DNA from: Xylographa opegraphella | Taxonomy: Eukaryota | Length of the DNA: 64,000 nucleotides | Assembly: GCA_022813865.1 (NCBI GenBank) | Contig: JALDZX010000065.1 | Span: forward strand, 1 to 64,000 | Direction: 5' to 3' | Shown here: positions 1 to 13,236 of the stretch, piece by piece | How positions within the stretch are numbered: position 1 is the first letter of the stretch | Layout: each line of letters starts with the position of its first letter | Notes under the pieces: model-generated | Database searches by the model: none | What the model saw: only the letters and a program-made list of their open reading frames with translations | What the model was told of the DNA's origin: nothing | Program-made: the position numbers and the translations under genes

Positions 1-290
1 CGAGCTCTCGCTTAGCAGCTCTCGCTATCCTGCAGGCAGGCCGGGACTCTATTTCTAACAGTAAATATAATATTCAACAACTTACAAAATTCGTTTAATT
101 CTTCTATTCGGCTGTTTAGTGTAAAAGTCGTAAAAAACATACGTAATTTAAATAATTCATGAGTGCTAAAAAGACAGCAAATATGCCTCGACATCGCGTG
201 AGTGCCGCCCTAACGTCTTGTGACCCAGGGTGATTCGGTATGATTGGTCAGCAGATTTTTTGGGCGTAATGTACTGATCTTGACTACCTT
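1..290. mobile_element. AT/TpA-rich segment, possible RIP-degraded transposon end
   Basis: 50-180 is much more AT-rich than its surroundings, with many TA dinucleotides. No recognisable protein motif or paired terminal repeat is visible in the window. Confidence 0.2.
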
Positions 291-488
291 AGGCGACCGC
301 CTAGCACAGCCCCTACGCGCGACGATGAAAAGGACGACACTTCCTGAGCAGCTCTCTCACCAACTTCGACAAATCCCAGCTCATTGATCAAGCAGTTCTG
401 TCTCTCTCGTAGAGGCTCAAGTCCAATGAAGAAGGTGCACGCCCTTGGCGCTGAGCGCTCGTCCTCGATTAGGGAGACATTCATTTAA

Positions 489-1130
489 GTGCCACTCACA
501 CTCCTCGGCAATTACTCGGACAGCTTTGTCCATATTGGCTGGTTAGTCTTGGCTGTAACATTGATATCGCATGTTCAAGCGATGAATGCCACGACTCTCC
601 GCGGTTGGGTTCCTGAACCGGACGGTCGAGGGACCTGGTCCATTCTTTGGAGCTGTCTCGTAACCATTTCCATCTGCACCTGGTCTGCTTTGCATCTTAA
701 TGTCCCAAAGCCGCGACATAGCTGGTCATCTCTCATCGTTCGCAAAGTGACGTGGATGCTCGCGGCTGCGATGGCGCCGGAATATATTCTCTGGACCTCG
801 ACGAACGATTACTTTCGAGCTCGAAAGACATTACTGTATCTCACACTTATGCAGAAACAACAAGATTGGACCATGACCCATATGCTATTTGCTTTTGCTG
901 GTGGCTTCTGGGTCCGCACACCGAACGGGCAGGAGTCAAAATGCCCCCCCAAACAATTACAAGATTTGATCATCAATGGTACCATTGAGGGTCCCCCAAT
1001 ATCACAAGACGAGTTGAGAAGTCGTTCTAAGGCGGACTGGGCTGTCAAGCTAATTGCCATACTTCAAATTCCGGCGAGGTTTTGCCACGCACACGAACAC
1101 CTACACCAAGAATTTTCCGTTCTCAGGTAA
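489..1130 (+). pseudogene. 5' fragment of a common fungal multi-pass membrane protein (GWVxEPxGRGTWSILWSC family), truncated
   Basis: Family motifs GWVPEPDGRGTWSILWSCLVTISICTWSALHLNVP, APEY, WTMTHxxFAxxGGF and RSKADWAVKLIAILQI are present. Similarity stops abruptly at ~1070, where further TM helices would normally follow. Confidence 0.6.
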
Positions 1131-1966
1131 TTATTATCGAGACGAAGTCATCTCGAGCGAGGGCATTCACAGGAGGATAACTCGGAGCAAAGGCATGAGC
1201 GCCGGTGCTGTCTGACGCAACCGATAAGAAGGCGACGAAGGCGATGCTCCCCCTTTACGCATCGACTTAGTCTACATTGGTGCGGAGGCTACCGAGAATA
1301 GGGAATTCTATAGCCAAGACCCGTGGAAGGAACACCTCGAAAAGACTACCTCGAAGGAATACCACAGGACTACAATGCTGCGTATCGCGCGATGATAAAG
1401 CGGCGTTTATTTCAATCCTAAAAAGCGGAGTGAGCTCGGCGTAGTTTTGGGTCTCCTAGGCAATTCTTCACTTTATTCGTAATATTTCACAATGAGTGAA
1501 TGCTCCATCGGAAATAGTCTATTCAAAGATAGATGAAATCTCCAGAAGAAACATGTAATTATGGCTAGCCTCAAAGGCTGTATCTAAATGACTGACATGC
1601 GGAGAGGAAATCCGCCAACGAGTGATAGATGGACGATCTGTACGATTGATTAATGAACGATCTGTATTCCCGTCTATTTTGTATCCAACGCCAATCTATG
1701 CACCCTCGGATACAGCAAACACCCTCCCAGCGCCTTGCTATGTATGCTCGTTTTGCCCCAAATAAACGGGCGAAGTTTGCCCACCAGTGAAACGCTGAGG
1801 GAGTGGATGGCAGAATTAAATTGCTGTTAATTAATGTTGACCGCTCCGAGCGTAGGAACTGACTAGAACGTATGATGCCTTGTTGATTCCACATAATATC
1901 CCATGTCGAGCGGTGGCAGCAGTAGATTAGTGCCCAATCTAGGAACAATTATGAAGTCCGTTGACC

Positions 1967-3280
1967 CTAAACACGGTCTACGTTGGGGGGAGGCATTTGC
2001 CCCGACTCGGCATCGGGGCCCTGCCTATATGTGGCGTTGGCCTGCTGTGGATGATCAAAATAGTTGACGTAGCGGCCCGCTGCTGCATTCTCTGCCGGAT
2101 CGTGTTCCCCGTCTCTCACAGCGGAAGTCAGAGGGTGACTGAGAGGGGTTGGGACTGTTGCCGGGACAGTGGTCGATTGACTGAGAGGCCTACTGTTCTG
2201 CCGAGTATTGCCGTTGCTCGAGAACCTCTCGACATCACCGGTATTGCCCACAATATAGTCCGGGCTAACGGCCACATTCGGTCTCGTCATGTCTTTTTCG
2301 GGATCGAAAACTTCCGCCTCCCTGTCGTCGAAGTCTTGACCCGGGTTGGCCGTCTCATACTCGAGGGCCTTGATGAATTTATAGAATCCTGAAGCGACAA
2401 GACTTCCCAGGATCGGTCCCACCCAGTAGATCCAGTGACTGGTCCCGAAATCGTGCACGGCAACGCAAGGGCCAAAGGATCGAGCAGGATTGACGCTGCC
2501 GCCGGTGTAGTAGACCTGTGAGATTGTCAGTATTACCATTTTCGCCGTGAACCGGAAGCGGTTACTGACCCCGGTGAGCTCGGCAATGAATAGTGAAAGC
2601 CCGATCCCGATCGGGGCAATGAACGTCGCCTTGTGTTTCTCAGCAGCAAGCATGAAAATGGTGAATACCAGTTGTGCGGTCAAGAACATCTCGATAAAGA
2701 CACCCTGTGTCACGGACGTGCCAGCGCCCAATGTGGTGCGAATATTTGCACCTCCGGGAAATAAGACAAGGATGACCGCGGCTGACGAGATTGCCCCCAG
2801 AAGTTGTGCAATAAAGACAAGTAGACCACGGAAGTAAGGCACAGCCCCGACCAAACACATCCCTAGGGTTACCTCCATAACGGTTAGCTAGGGAACGGCA
2901 GCGGGTGAAGCAGTACTGACAGCTGGATTGAACAGTCCTCCACTGATCCTGAAGAACACCCAGGCGTTAACGGCCAAAGAGAAGCCGAAGCTGAGGCTTA
3001 TGTAGAGTAATCGGGAGGTGTCGGAGCCGGTATTATTGGGCACTGAAGAGCCAATGGAGTTGGCGACCTGGGTGCCAGCAAAGGCGAAGAACAGAAACAT
3101 GAAGGTTCCTGCAAACTCGCCCATCATGGCAATGAAGTGGTTGCGAGCAGCATTGGGCAGGAAATCAAGGTACGGCAACCGATGCGAGGTTTTCGACGCC
3201 GTTTCATCGCTCGTTCTTATCCTCCGTTTTCTTCCAGGGAGGACGAATCCTCCATGAGCGTTAGGCTCGATATTCTCCAT
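1967..3280 (-). CDS. Aquaporin (MIP family, orthodox water-channel type), 3 exons
   Basis: GEFAGTFMFLFFAF, SGGLFNPAVT (split by an intron ~2874-2920) and YYTGGSVNPARSFGP, HWIYWVGP. Both NPA boxes are present. Second intron ~2516-2569. Confidence 0.95.
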
Positions 3281-5200
3281 ATTGGTGACTGTGATGGCCT
3301 GGAAGTCGACTCGGCTTGTGGAAAAAGCAGTCGAACCTCAAGCTCAAAACACCGGCGGCATGAACAATGCGGTGGGGGGCAAGACTGAAAAGAGGTGAGG
3401 AGAAAAAGTGAGGTCAGAAGAACACTAGCTGGATAGAGGCTGCGTGCTTGTGCCGCAAGCCAGCCACAAGAAAGACAGCAGGCGTTGATGCGGAGAAATG
3501 CAATGGCTCCAATCGGACAGGTTGTGGGCCCAACGGTCTGGCGGCATCATGAGCGCAGAGGATGGGACTTGGAGCATGGGCAAGCCTGGGAGGGAAGGGT
3601 GGCAAAACGCGGCAGTCCATTGGCCGAGACAGTTCGAGATGCACCGTTTCCAATACGAGGCTGAGAATATATTGGTGACGGCTCCGGGAGGAGAGATTTA
3701 GCTCAGCCAGCAGGACTGGTATATTGCTTAGGAGGTTCGCTACCGAAGCTTGTTCTTCTGCTGAGGCACATTTCACGGTCAAGCTCCGAATTCATCGAAC
3801 CCGAACTGTGGTTTACTCGGCTGAAAAGGGAAATGGGAAAAGGGAGTTTTACATGATTAGGCGGGCTGGATTGGGGTTTGACTTACTCTGTTAGTCCCAT
3901 TGAGCTAGTGCTAGTAACAGCGGGTCAGCCCAGTAATCAGCCACTAACTTAATTAGTGTGGAAAAGAAAAGGGCGGGTGACGTCGAGATGGAGATACACT
4001 ACGGAGTTATCAGTGACTTGAATGATACGATGTAGATAGCGGCGACACAGTTTGATCGCATCAACCCTTCTCCCAATCAATAACATGGCCACTCGGCGAA
4101 CGCAGGTGGCGAGCGTGTGCTGTCATCCTTCATTGATCATTCACGCCTTCTCCAGAAACGCGTGTTTCGTCGTCGGAATGGGGAAGGCCTCATCCGCCAC
4201 CCTGCATCAATCGAATAAGTGGACAAGGTACGGCAGACTGTTCAGATAGTTGCAGCAGACCCGACACGATGGACGAAGGTCTCGCCATTTGATCCTAGAC
4301 GTCCCTACATCATTGTGTTCCTGCCCTCTTGCAAGCCTCCAGAAAACCGTCTCAGCCCTCTTTGCGAACACAGCATTATCGTTATCATTAAGACAAGTGC
4401 ACGGCATTGGTCACATTAACCATACGATTTACATCTATGAACAAATAATACCTCGATGTTTCGACATATGTGTATTTCATGCGGCCCCACGGAGCGCTTT
4501 TGCTGCCTTCCCTTCCACAACCAAACAACAATAGTCCTACCTACATGAACCATAGTCCTGCATAGAACGCAACATTTTACAGCATCCCGTATGGAGGGAA
4601 GGTCGGAAGAGTAAGAATTCACCGATAAGCCGAGATGGCTTCGAGACTGTCTGCATCACAATGTTAATCCGTAGCCCACTCCATGCCCGGTGAAGGACTC
4701 GTGACTCGTGACTCGTGACGGCGGGCATCATCCGCCGCATGAAGACCGCCGTGCATGCTCGTTCAAACCATCCACCTTCATCTTCAAAGCTGCTCGTGTG
4801 TCCATGGCGTCGGGATCCATCAGCAGGGTGCCTCATCGCTCCCGGAGCATGAACGACAGTCATCTGCGTCGTGAGCGTGAGGGCCGTAGCCGCAACGATT
4901 AGCCCAATGCGGTCAAGCGCAGTGTGGCATGACCGGGTCTTTGATGTCAGTCGATATGTACACGACCACCGTGGCAGGCGCTCGCATTTCACGGATGAGA
5001 GTCTGCCTTCCGGAGTTTGCTGTTGTCACCCATCGTCGAGGGCCTACCTGAATACCATTTCTTCTACTGTCACTACGTAATATATTCCAACTTCTCCTTC
5101 GCTTTTGGACCTTCGGATGCCCTAGCCCCCAACGGAACCACCTTTCTCAGCGTCGCCTTGCTCAAGTTTAATTTTGTGCGTGGAGGCGCTGTTCGCCACC

Positions 5201-8140
5201 ATGCGACCCCTCCGGCTCGTTCTCGTTCTGACCAGCTTCGTCGCTTTCCCTCTCCTCCTCACCACCTTCTCCGTCGTCTGCGCTCAGCCTGGTCGCCGAG
5301 TGGAGAACCTGGCTTCCTCCAGGCCAGCTCAGAAAAGTGGGTTGCGGGCCTTCTTCTCCTTCACTGCACCCGGCTCGTTGTTTCCACCACAAGCCGTTAT
5401 CAGCCTCACCGATGAGAACTCCACCTTCTTCCTCGCCAGACCAGCTGCGTTTGGCCCCACCCTACCTCTGGACGGTCTGAGTGGCCAACTATGGGTGGGA
5501 AGTGGCTTTGGCGATGAGAGGACGGGACGAGGGGGCCCCTTCACCGGGGCGGAAGGCGAGCTCGGCTGCAGCGATGTTCCGAGCTGGGGTGACGGAAAGA
5601 AGCCAAGTGGTAGTGACAGGAGCGGGGAGAGTATTACAAATGGAAAGGCAGCGACCCGAAAAGACACCAAGGCGAGCAAGCCGGACAACTTGAAAGGTCA
5701 CGACCGGCGCTCCGACGACACTCCGGGGAAGGACGAGGACAGAACGGTGGTCCCGACTGAAGAAGACGGCACCGACGATCATCTCCATTATCCACTTCCG
5801 GGCTCTCAGGAGCTCAAGCCAAACAAACCGGGGCAGCCCGCCGAGCATGAAGGCGGTATAGACGGCCATTCCTCTACACATGCGGATATCCAGTCATTAC
5901 AAGAGAGTGCTGAGATTGCTGGCAAGGTTGTCCTTCTCAGTCGGGGTGGCTGTGGCTTTTTGGAGAAGGTGAAATGGGTACAACGTCGGGGCGGAATAGC
6001 GCTCATTGTGGGAGACAATACTCGCGGCACTCCACTCATCACAATGTACGCCAAAGAAGGTACCGCGAATGTGACCATACCGTCGCTCTTTACTACATAT
6101 ACGACTGCGCACTTGCTGTCGGCTTTAATTCCTCGTTTCGATGACGGTGTGTCTGAGGACGGGTCCAAATCAGGGATCGTGGATGATGGATCGAGGAAGA
6201 CTGCGTCGAAGAAAAATGGCGGCAAAAAAGTCAAAGGGCTGAGCAAAGGTCCCAAATTCACTTCAGGAAATGCTCTGACCAGACCGACTGGCGTGTCCAA
6301 GCCAAGCGTTATGGTTCCCTCGAGCAACCGTTTATCTTCTAATGCAGGAGATGCGTCGAAAGAATCCACAAACAAAACGAGCTGGTTACGAGCACTGGGA
6401 TCTGCACTTGGAATCGCAAGCAGCACCAGCTCACCTCCTGCAGATAGCAGGCGACCTCCGACCAGCGGACGTATCAATTGGATCGTGAGCGAAGATTGGG
6501 CAGACGAGCCAATCGGGACGCAGAAGAAGGGTGGCAGCAAAATAGCGAAGAGCTCCAGCAAAGGCAAGGCTGCCGGCAAGTCTTCCTCACACGACGGCTC
6601 CAGTGACGACTTTGTGATCGGCGTCCAGGACTGGCGAGATCCAGACCTTGTTGGTCACCAACCCGTCACTCAAGCCGCTGGAAATGGTAAGAATGAGGTT
6701 GATACCAAGAGAGCAAAGACGTCTACCATATCGACAGCGACCTCAGGAAAGCAAACAGGTGGTGTCGATTCGAAGAATGCCAAAGGCTTTTCCGGAGGCA
6801 GCATCACGCCTGGCAGTGGAGAATATGAGACACCAAGCTCCAGTAACGATGCCTCCAACCGTGCAGCTCAACGTGGAAAGGCGCAATCAGTCCAGCAACA
6901 AGTGACCAGTGCACAAGGCGACGACGAAAGTTCCGGCTGGTTAGGTCGACTGTGGAACTCGGATGCTGAGGACGGTACGGCCGAGTTAAGCAAAGCTCAC
7001 GATGTCTACCTGAAGAAGGTTGCCACCCACTTTGTCGAAGACGTCGAGTTTCAAGACGAGGCTGAGATCGAGGGCTTCCTCGACCATGAAGGCCTCTGGG
7101 TGACCATGACCATGACCGCGACGAACTCGAATCCCTTTTTCGATACCCTGCTCGTGCTGGTCGTCAGTCCCCTCGTGACATTGACCGTCGTGTACGCTCT
7201 CCTGCTCCTCCGGTCCCGCATCCGCCGCCGACGATGGCGAGCGCCCAAGTCCGTGGTCGACCGCCTCCCCGTGCGGACGTACCACACCATGGCCGACTCC
7301 CCAACCGCGACGTCCTCCCAGGTCGCATCCCCGCTGACTTCGAACCCGGCCTCCCCGCTCCTGCAGACCAGCCCCAAGTCGTACCGGGAGCGGCCCCGGC
7401 CACGGTCACGGACGACCTCGGGAATCGCCGAGAACGTGTCGACCTCTCTCATCAAAGCCACCAACAAAGCGCTGCTGAGCCGCGGCGAAAAGGCACCGAA
7501 GAAGCGCTACAACGGCAAGCAAGTCGAGTGCGTCGTCTGCCTGGAAGAGTACATCGACAGCGTAAGCCGCGTGATGCGGCTCCCTTGCGGCCACGAGTTC
7601 CACGCTGAATGCATGTAAGTCTTTCCCCCCCTTCTCATCCTTTTCTCCGCACCACCCTCTCCACTGCCCACCATACTAACCCTTTCCCCCCCCCACCACA
7701 GCACCCCCTGGCTCACCACCCGCCGCCGCACATGCCCCATCTGCAAAGGCGACGTCGTCCGCTCCCTCGCCAGCAGTTCCAGCCCCTCGACCCCCAGCCC
7801 CACCACGCCCTCCCACCCCACCGCGCCCCTCTCCCCCTCCTCCATCCAAGCCCAAGCCGCCGAATCAACCAACGAGTCCCCCTCCTCCGCCATCCCCATC
7901 CCCCTCCCCCGCAGCGCCGACGACTCCGCCCTCGACCTCGAGCGCGGCGGCGCCCGCGACGACGACGACGACGACGACGACCTCGCTGCCACCCTCGTCA
8001 ACGATCCCCCTGACGGCGCCTTTTCCCCTCGCCATAGCGGCGGCGGCGGTGGTGGTTGGCGCGGTCTGGCCTCTCTCAGCTTGTCTGCTTTTAGCGGCGA
8101 GGCCGCGTGGCGCCAGGCGCAGGCGGACCGGAATCGCTGA
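5201..8140 (+). CDS. PA-domain / transmembrane / RING-H2 E3 ubiquitin ligase (RNF13/RMR-like architecture)
   Basis: Signal peptide MRPLRLVLVL, PA core VVLLSRGGCGFLEKVKWVQRRGGIALIVGDN, TM helix LLVLVVSPLVTLTVVYALLLL and RING-H2 CVVCLEEY..LPCGHEFHAEC|ITPWLTTRRRTCPICK joined across intron 7615-7701. Stop TGA 8138-8140. Confidence 0.92.
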
Positions 8141-8365
8141 ATGGCCTTACTGCGTAAGTATGGGCGTGGCTTGTTCCTGGACGGTCTGCATGACTGGGTG
8201 TGTGGCGTTTTTTATTGGGGGGGGGGGAGTGTAGATGGCCGGGAATCGTGGTGGGGTGGGTGTGTTCCTGCGCGAAAGACAGAGAAGGGGTACGAGGGTG
8301 GGAAGAGAGGGGAGGGGGCATTGCGCGGGGCGTTTGTGCCGGAGGGGGTGGGGGTGTCGTTTGGC

Positions 8366-8402
8366 TACCTTACCTTACCTTATCTTACTTTACCTTACCT
8401 AG
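8366..8402 (+). repeat. (TACCT)n-like simple repeat
   Basis: taccttaccttaccttatcttactttaccttacct. Confidence 0.7.
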
Positions 8403-9025
8403 TAGCCAAGGGGCGTGGGATGGGTTATAGACTAGACCGTTTCAATATCGACTTCTTCTTGATGGGAGTGTACTCGTGTGATAGAGCTGACCTGTCTGCA
8501 TGTATGTATGCATGTATGTATGTCAGTATATCGACCATGCGAATTCTGCGGTCCGATCCTGGACTTGAGTGCAAGAACCCTCGCCTCTAGACTCTGGACA
8601 CTGGGATGGCAACGAAGTCGTGATGCAGGTCACACAACTAACAAGTTCAGATATCATGTATACGTCAAGAATTGATTCGTCCATGCCTGACCCTGGTCAA
8701 CAGAACCGGTTAAACAGCTGCCTCGATATCATACAAATTGTAAAACGACTGCCCAGCAGTATTGCAAATCATCAATGTACATGCTTCCTACAACGCGCAA
8801 GTTATATCTGCCGAAAGAGTGTTCCCTTTACGACCTCATCTGCCTTGATTGCAGCCACCAAAATGAAAACAGAGTGTCCTCGCTTACAGACATACAGATA
8901 AAAACCGGGGGCATCCCACTGGATATATCCAGAAGATAGGCCAGCCGCAGACGCACACGGTACAGCGGTGACTAAGGGATAGTATCGAGATATACGTAAT
9001 AGCAACTGCCATACCGGAGGCAGCT

Positions 9026-11398
9026 TCAGACCCAGTCGATCTCAGCGGTAATGATTTGGTATTCACTGGTTTCGGATGCTGGATCAAGGCCGGTAGGCGC
9101 AGTCCAGCTCAGAAGCATCTTCGAGCCACCATTAACAATGTCATCTACGCCAAAATAGCCTTGATGAACACCACCGGCATAGGTATAGGCACCATTAAGA
9201 CCAGTCCCGGTCTTGTATAGCGTATATTCCTCTGACCAATTGTACTGTAAGATGTTCGCCACATAATCTTCCGATGGGGTTCCGCCAGGCGCGTAAGGCG
9301 GTAGAATTGCCTGGTCAGCCTGTAAATAACGGTAATAGAACGTACTATCCGCGTATATCGTCATGTAGACAATGATGAACGTCAAATGACGCGGCGAGTA
9401 GAAAACATCTACGTCCATGAAAGATCCAGGTATAAAGTAGGCAGTAGATGTTGGTGCTTGCATTCCGTGGCTCCATGAGTTCCCAGTCCAATATTGGTAC
9501 TGCCTCATGATTAGTGACTCAACGTTGTACCCAGATTCTTAACATACCGAATTTCGATCCGCAACACCGCTGGGTGCTGCTTTGGCTAGAAGAAGACCTC
9601 CGCGGACATTACCAAAGATGTAGACCATACCATCACTGCCACCGATACCTGAAGGTCCCCATGAGCGAATACCACCCACACAGCCCCATTCAACCTCATC
9701 ATCCTCCCAGATCCTATCGACTGTTCGTTCAGCAATGGGCCCACCCCCACCGCCAGCTGTGACTGTAAGAAGGGTGGCGCCAGTATATGTGAACGTAGCA
9801 ACACGAGTCGTCGTATCAACGTTATCATAGACGATTGGCGCAAAGAGTATAGCAGATTGGCCATTAAGAGGGATAATTGAAGACTCCGGCCATATGGCAT
9901 AGCGCTGGCCCTGACCCTGCATAGCAAGGTTGTATCCTTGCTCGCCTGCTGTCAATGGCGAGAATCCTCTCATCCGTCCAACATTATCACTCCACTCGCC
10001 AATCCCATCCTCGAGGTGTATGGGATTGCCGTAAAGCGCATACATGCCGGTGTCGGTGGCTACAGAGCTGCTGACAAATGCAAGAAAGTTGCCGTTAGTA
10101 TTATCAGTCGTTGTTGAGTAAGACCCTGTGTCACAAAAGATGAAAAGATTTGCTCCATCAACAAGACCACCCTTGCCACCATCGCGCGATAGGTGAGGTG
10201 TATCTGTGAGATCTGCCAGATGCGGGATTGTGGTTGAATTTAGGGGCAAGACGCCTGTGTCCGGTGAAATCGGGTAATCTATCGAGAGATCCACTTCAAT
10301 TCCCACCATCAAGAGGCTTTGCGTAAGGGTCAGATCTGGGGGTAAACTTATATCGACATACTGGTTTGTTGGATAATTCTGCGTTGGTCCATGCAATTGT
10401 GAGTACGCAATCTCAGGAACAATGATGGATTGACCCGATGCGTAGCTAGGAGCTGGTCCATACCCTGTCGATGCCCCAGTGGCGGTCGCCGAATTCGAGA
10501 TTGATGATTGTGCTGCTGATGGAGAAATGATGAGGATGGCACCATCAAGGAGTGCATCTACCGGTGTTGCATTATCAATTGCATACTTTAGGTAACAATC
10601 ATTGGCCTCGTTAACACGATTGGGAGTAAATATGACTGCCAAACAGTTGTTCTCCCCAGCATTCGAGTTGATAGTGTCACATGCTGAGACGCAGTCTGCG
10701 AACGTTGCCACTGTTTGAAATGGAAGATCCTGACCAGGAATATTGATGCTGCATATGGTCTGGTACTGCGCACCAGCAGCTGATGTGTATGTGGTACCAT
10801 TGGTAGCTGGACAAATTGAATCAGATGTAGCTTGTCGTTTCGTGTGGGCAGCTTCGGCTTTGACATCTCTTGAGGATAACTTGGAGTAAGACGTTTGGCC
10901 GCAGGTCTTGTGATTATGATGGTCTTCCATTATTGAAGGTTTTGGTGTCGAAGTTTCAAGAGCTCGTACCTTGAGCGTGATTTTGGACCCCTGGTAAGTA
11001 TATTTGTTCTCAGAGGCTTCCGGGTCTTTTGGAAAAGGGCGAGCTACAACAGTTGATATAGCTTTCGTAGTAGGGTGAGTGAAAATGTCTACTGCCGCTT
11101 CAGAAGTCGCTAAAAGAAGAGCTTAGCAGTCACAATCGAATAGACGAACAGTAGACGAACCCCCACTTTCACCAATGCCATATGATTCGGACGTTAAGCC
11201 GCTACCAGAGCTAGCTCGAGCAGCAGACCTCACATGGTGCAGCTGCTTATGACGAAGACGATGATCACTCTGAAGTAGAGCCTGAGTAAAGGACAAGGTA
11301 GCAAGGAAGGTAAGGCCAGCGACGGTCAACCGTCGATAAGGTAGGGACAGTTTCATGCTCACGTTACCTAATGTTGCAGTGATTAGCAGAGTTTTCAT
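9026..11398 (-). CDS. Secreted protein with PAN/apple-like Cys domain and DUF4185-like (glycosidase-type propeller) C-terminal domain
   Basis: Hydrophobic N-terminus, CPATNGTTY..YQTICSINIPGQD..CVSACD..CLAV..CYLK (apple-like), SRDGGKGG..FIFCD and YQYWTGNSWS..DVFYSPRHLTFIIVY..YAGGVH. Introns at ~11110-11149 (GTTCGT..TTTTAG) and ~9501-9547 (GTATGT..CTAAT..CAG). Confidence 0.72.
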
Positions 11399-12279
11399 AC
11401 GAATTTAACCTCAGACAGTGATCAGGATGTGTATATTGGAAAAACAGAAAGAACTTACGGAAAGTCGAAACACGTTAAGAAGGGCTTGCGGATAAGGAGT
11501 GACTAGGACAGGTCCAAAAGGTAAAGAGTGAAGAGAAGCGAAGATCAATGAGTGTGTAGACAACGTTTACCAAGATCGACTGATCAAAGTCGGGATGCCT
11601 TGGGGTAAACAAACGTCGTCGGATCCCGAAAATCAAAACTGTGGTGGTACTAGTACTTTCATTTTAGCGTGTTTTACTTGGGCGCTTAGGGTTAGGCAGG
11701 TGCTCCCAACTTCTTGCGCAGGTTCCAACATATCCTCTGCTTTAGGAAGGCCCATGTTGCGTAAAAGTGTATGGGTGATACACTAGAGATTACAAGCAGG
11801 CATCCCGACTTATAAGGAAGGTGTGAGCATCGCAAGCAGGAACTTCTCAGACTATTCAGATCTGGAAGGAGACACAACATCGGCATAGCAGAACTTTATT
11901 TCGGCATCGTACGACAAAGCAAAAGGTTGAGCTTGAATAAGGCGGTTCTTTGTATTACACAACTGTTCTAGGCAGGTTTAGATAGGGAAAACAAGGTGCT
12001 ATGGTTTCGCACTGGTTCAGATGCAGGATCTGATACCCTGTATGAGAAGCGAAGTATGGGATGATGAACGGCCAAGCATGCATATACGCCGCCCCGTGTG
12101 GATTATCACCTCCATTGCCGCAATTTAGTTCGTATCGTCATTCGTAACAAGCAAAGGAAAGTAGTTACTCCACCGAACATCTCCAGTGGGGTTTGCGATA
12201 TCGGGAGCTACCTCAGGCCGATACCGATGCCCGACTGTTCGTCATGCTCGCATTGAAGATAAGTTCGGCCTTGAGATGA

Positions 12280-13236
12280 TCATTCGGCCTTCTTAGCCTG
12301 CTCTCGGAGGTGTGGTGAGGTCCCATGCTCGTTCACCGCACCCTTCTCCATATCGGCTGCCCAAAGCGCTGCACCAACAGTATTTGTAAAGGCAAACAAT
12401 ATGGATACAACAGGTACCAGTTCAAGAAGAGCTGCAGCAACGCCAAAGCTATTGTCAACCATTAGTATGGACAATATAGGCAGGCTCAGGTGCTTACCTA
12501 GTGTACGCTGCTTTGTTCTCCTCAATATGCTTCTCCTTCTGTGCAGAGTTCCAGCCTTTCAATTGGAAATACCTTGTATGAGCCGACGGACCCATCCTCC
12601 TTCCTTGCAATATAACGAACATGATAGTTCCAACAACGGGGATGAAATTGAGAGGAAGATACATGAAGTAGCGTATTAGCGCATTGGGCGAGAACCTGGC
12701 AAGTGGGCTCTTGATCACTTTCCCTAGCTTTGCCATGGGATTGTTGCCAGCTTTGATCTGCCTGCCGCTGGAGACGAGATCGGTGGTTCCTTTTGACACG
12801 AGTACGCCATCAAATGTATCCACCAGGGCGTCTTCTATCAGGAGTGTCTTGCTCAACATTGTAAAGATAGTGGAGCTCTCACTCAGGACCAGAAGCGCTG
12901 CGCTCACAGCTGCCAACGGGCCTTGGGTAAACGTCATGATCGCTGCCTGGGGCAAGTATGTAAAGACAAACATAAAGGTCGTGACACCGAGGCCAAGAGA
13001 TAGTGTAGGCACCAATTTGGCCGTGAGAGGTTTCCATAGCACGCGATGGGAAAGGAAGTACGCCATACCCTAGAAACCACGTCAGTTGGTCAGTCGCATA
13101 GCCTCGAGATCGATTGGGCAGTACAACTACATACCCTTATGGGATACAGGTACGCGCCTGAACGAGCTGCATCAGTGGTAAGAGTCTTGATCCGATCTGC
13201 CTCCTGAACCGCAACTTCCTTGACTCTTTCGGACAT
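12280..13236 (-). CDS. EI24/CysZ-family membrane protein (Rrt8/Lds-like)
   Basis: Exon 1 MSERVKEVAVQEADRIK..SGAYLYPIR, followed by YLPQAA, LVLSESS, LIEDALVDTFD, YLPLNFIPVVG, HTRYFQLKGW and FGVAAALLELVP..NTVGAALWAAD. Two canonical introns. Confidence 0.85.

Noticed and set aside
7051..8590. Many overlapping Arg/Pro/Gly-rich ORFs on both strands
   Set aside because: Shadow frames of the GC-rich 3' end of the PA-RING gene. The same applies to ORFs over 18975-19975, 36509-37413 and 52326-53002.
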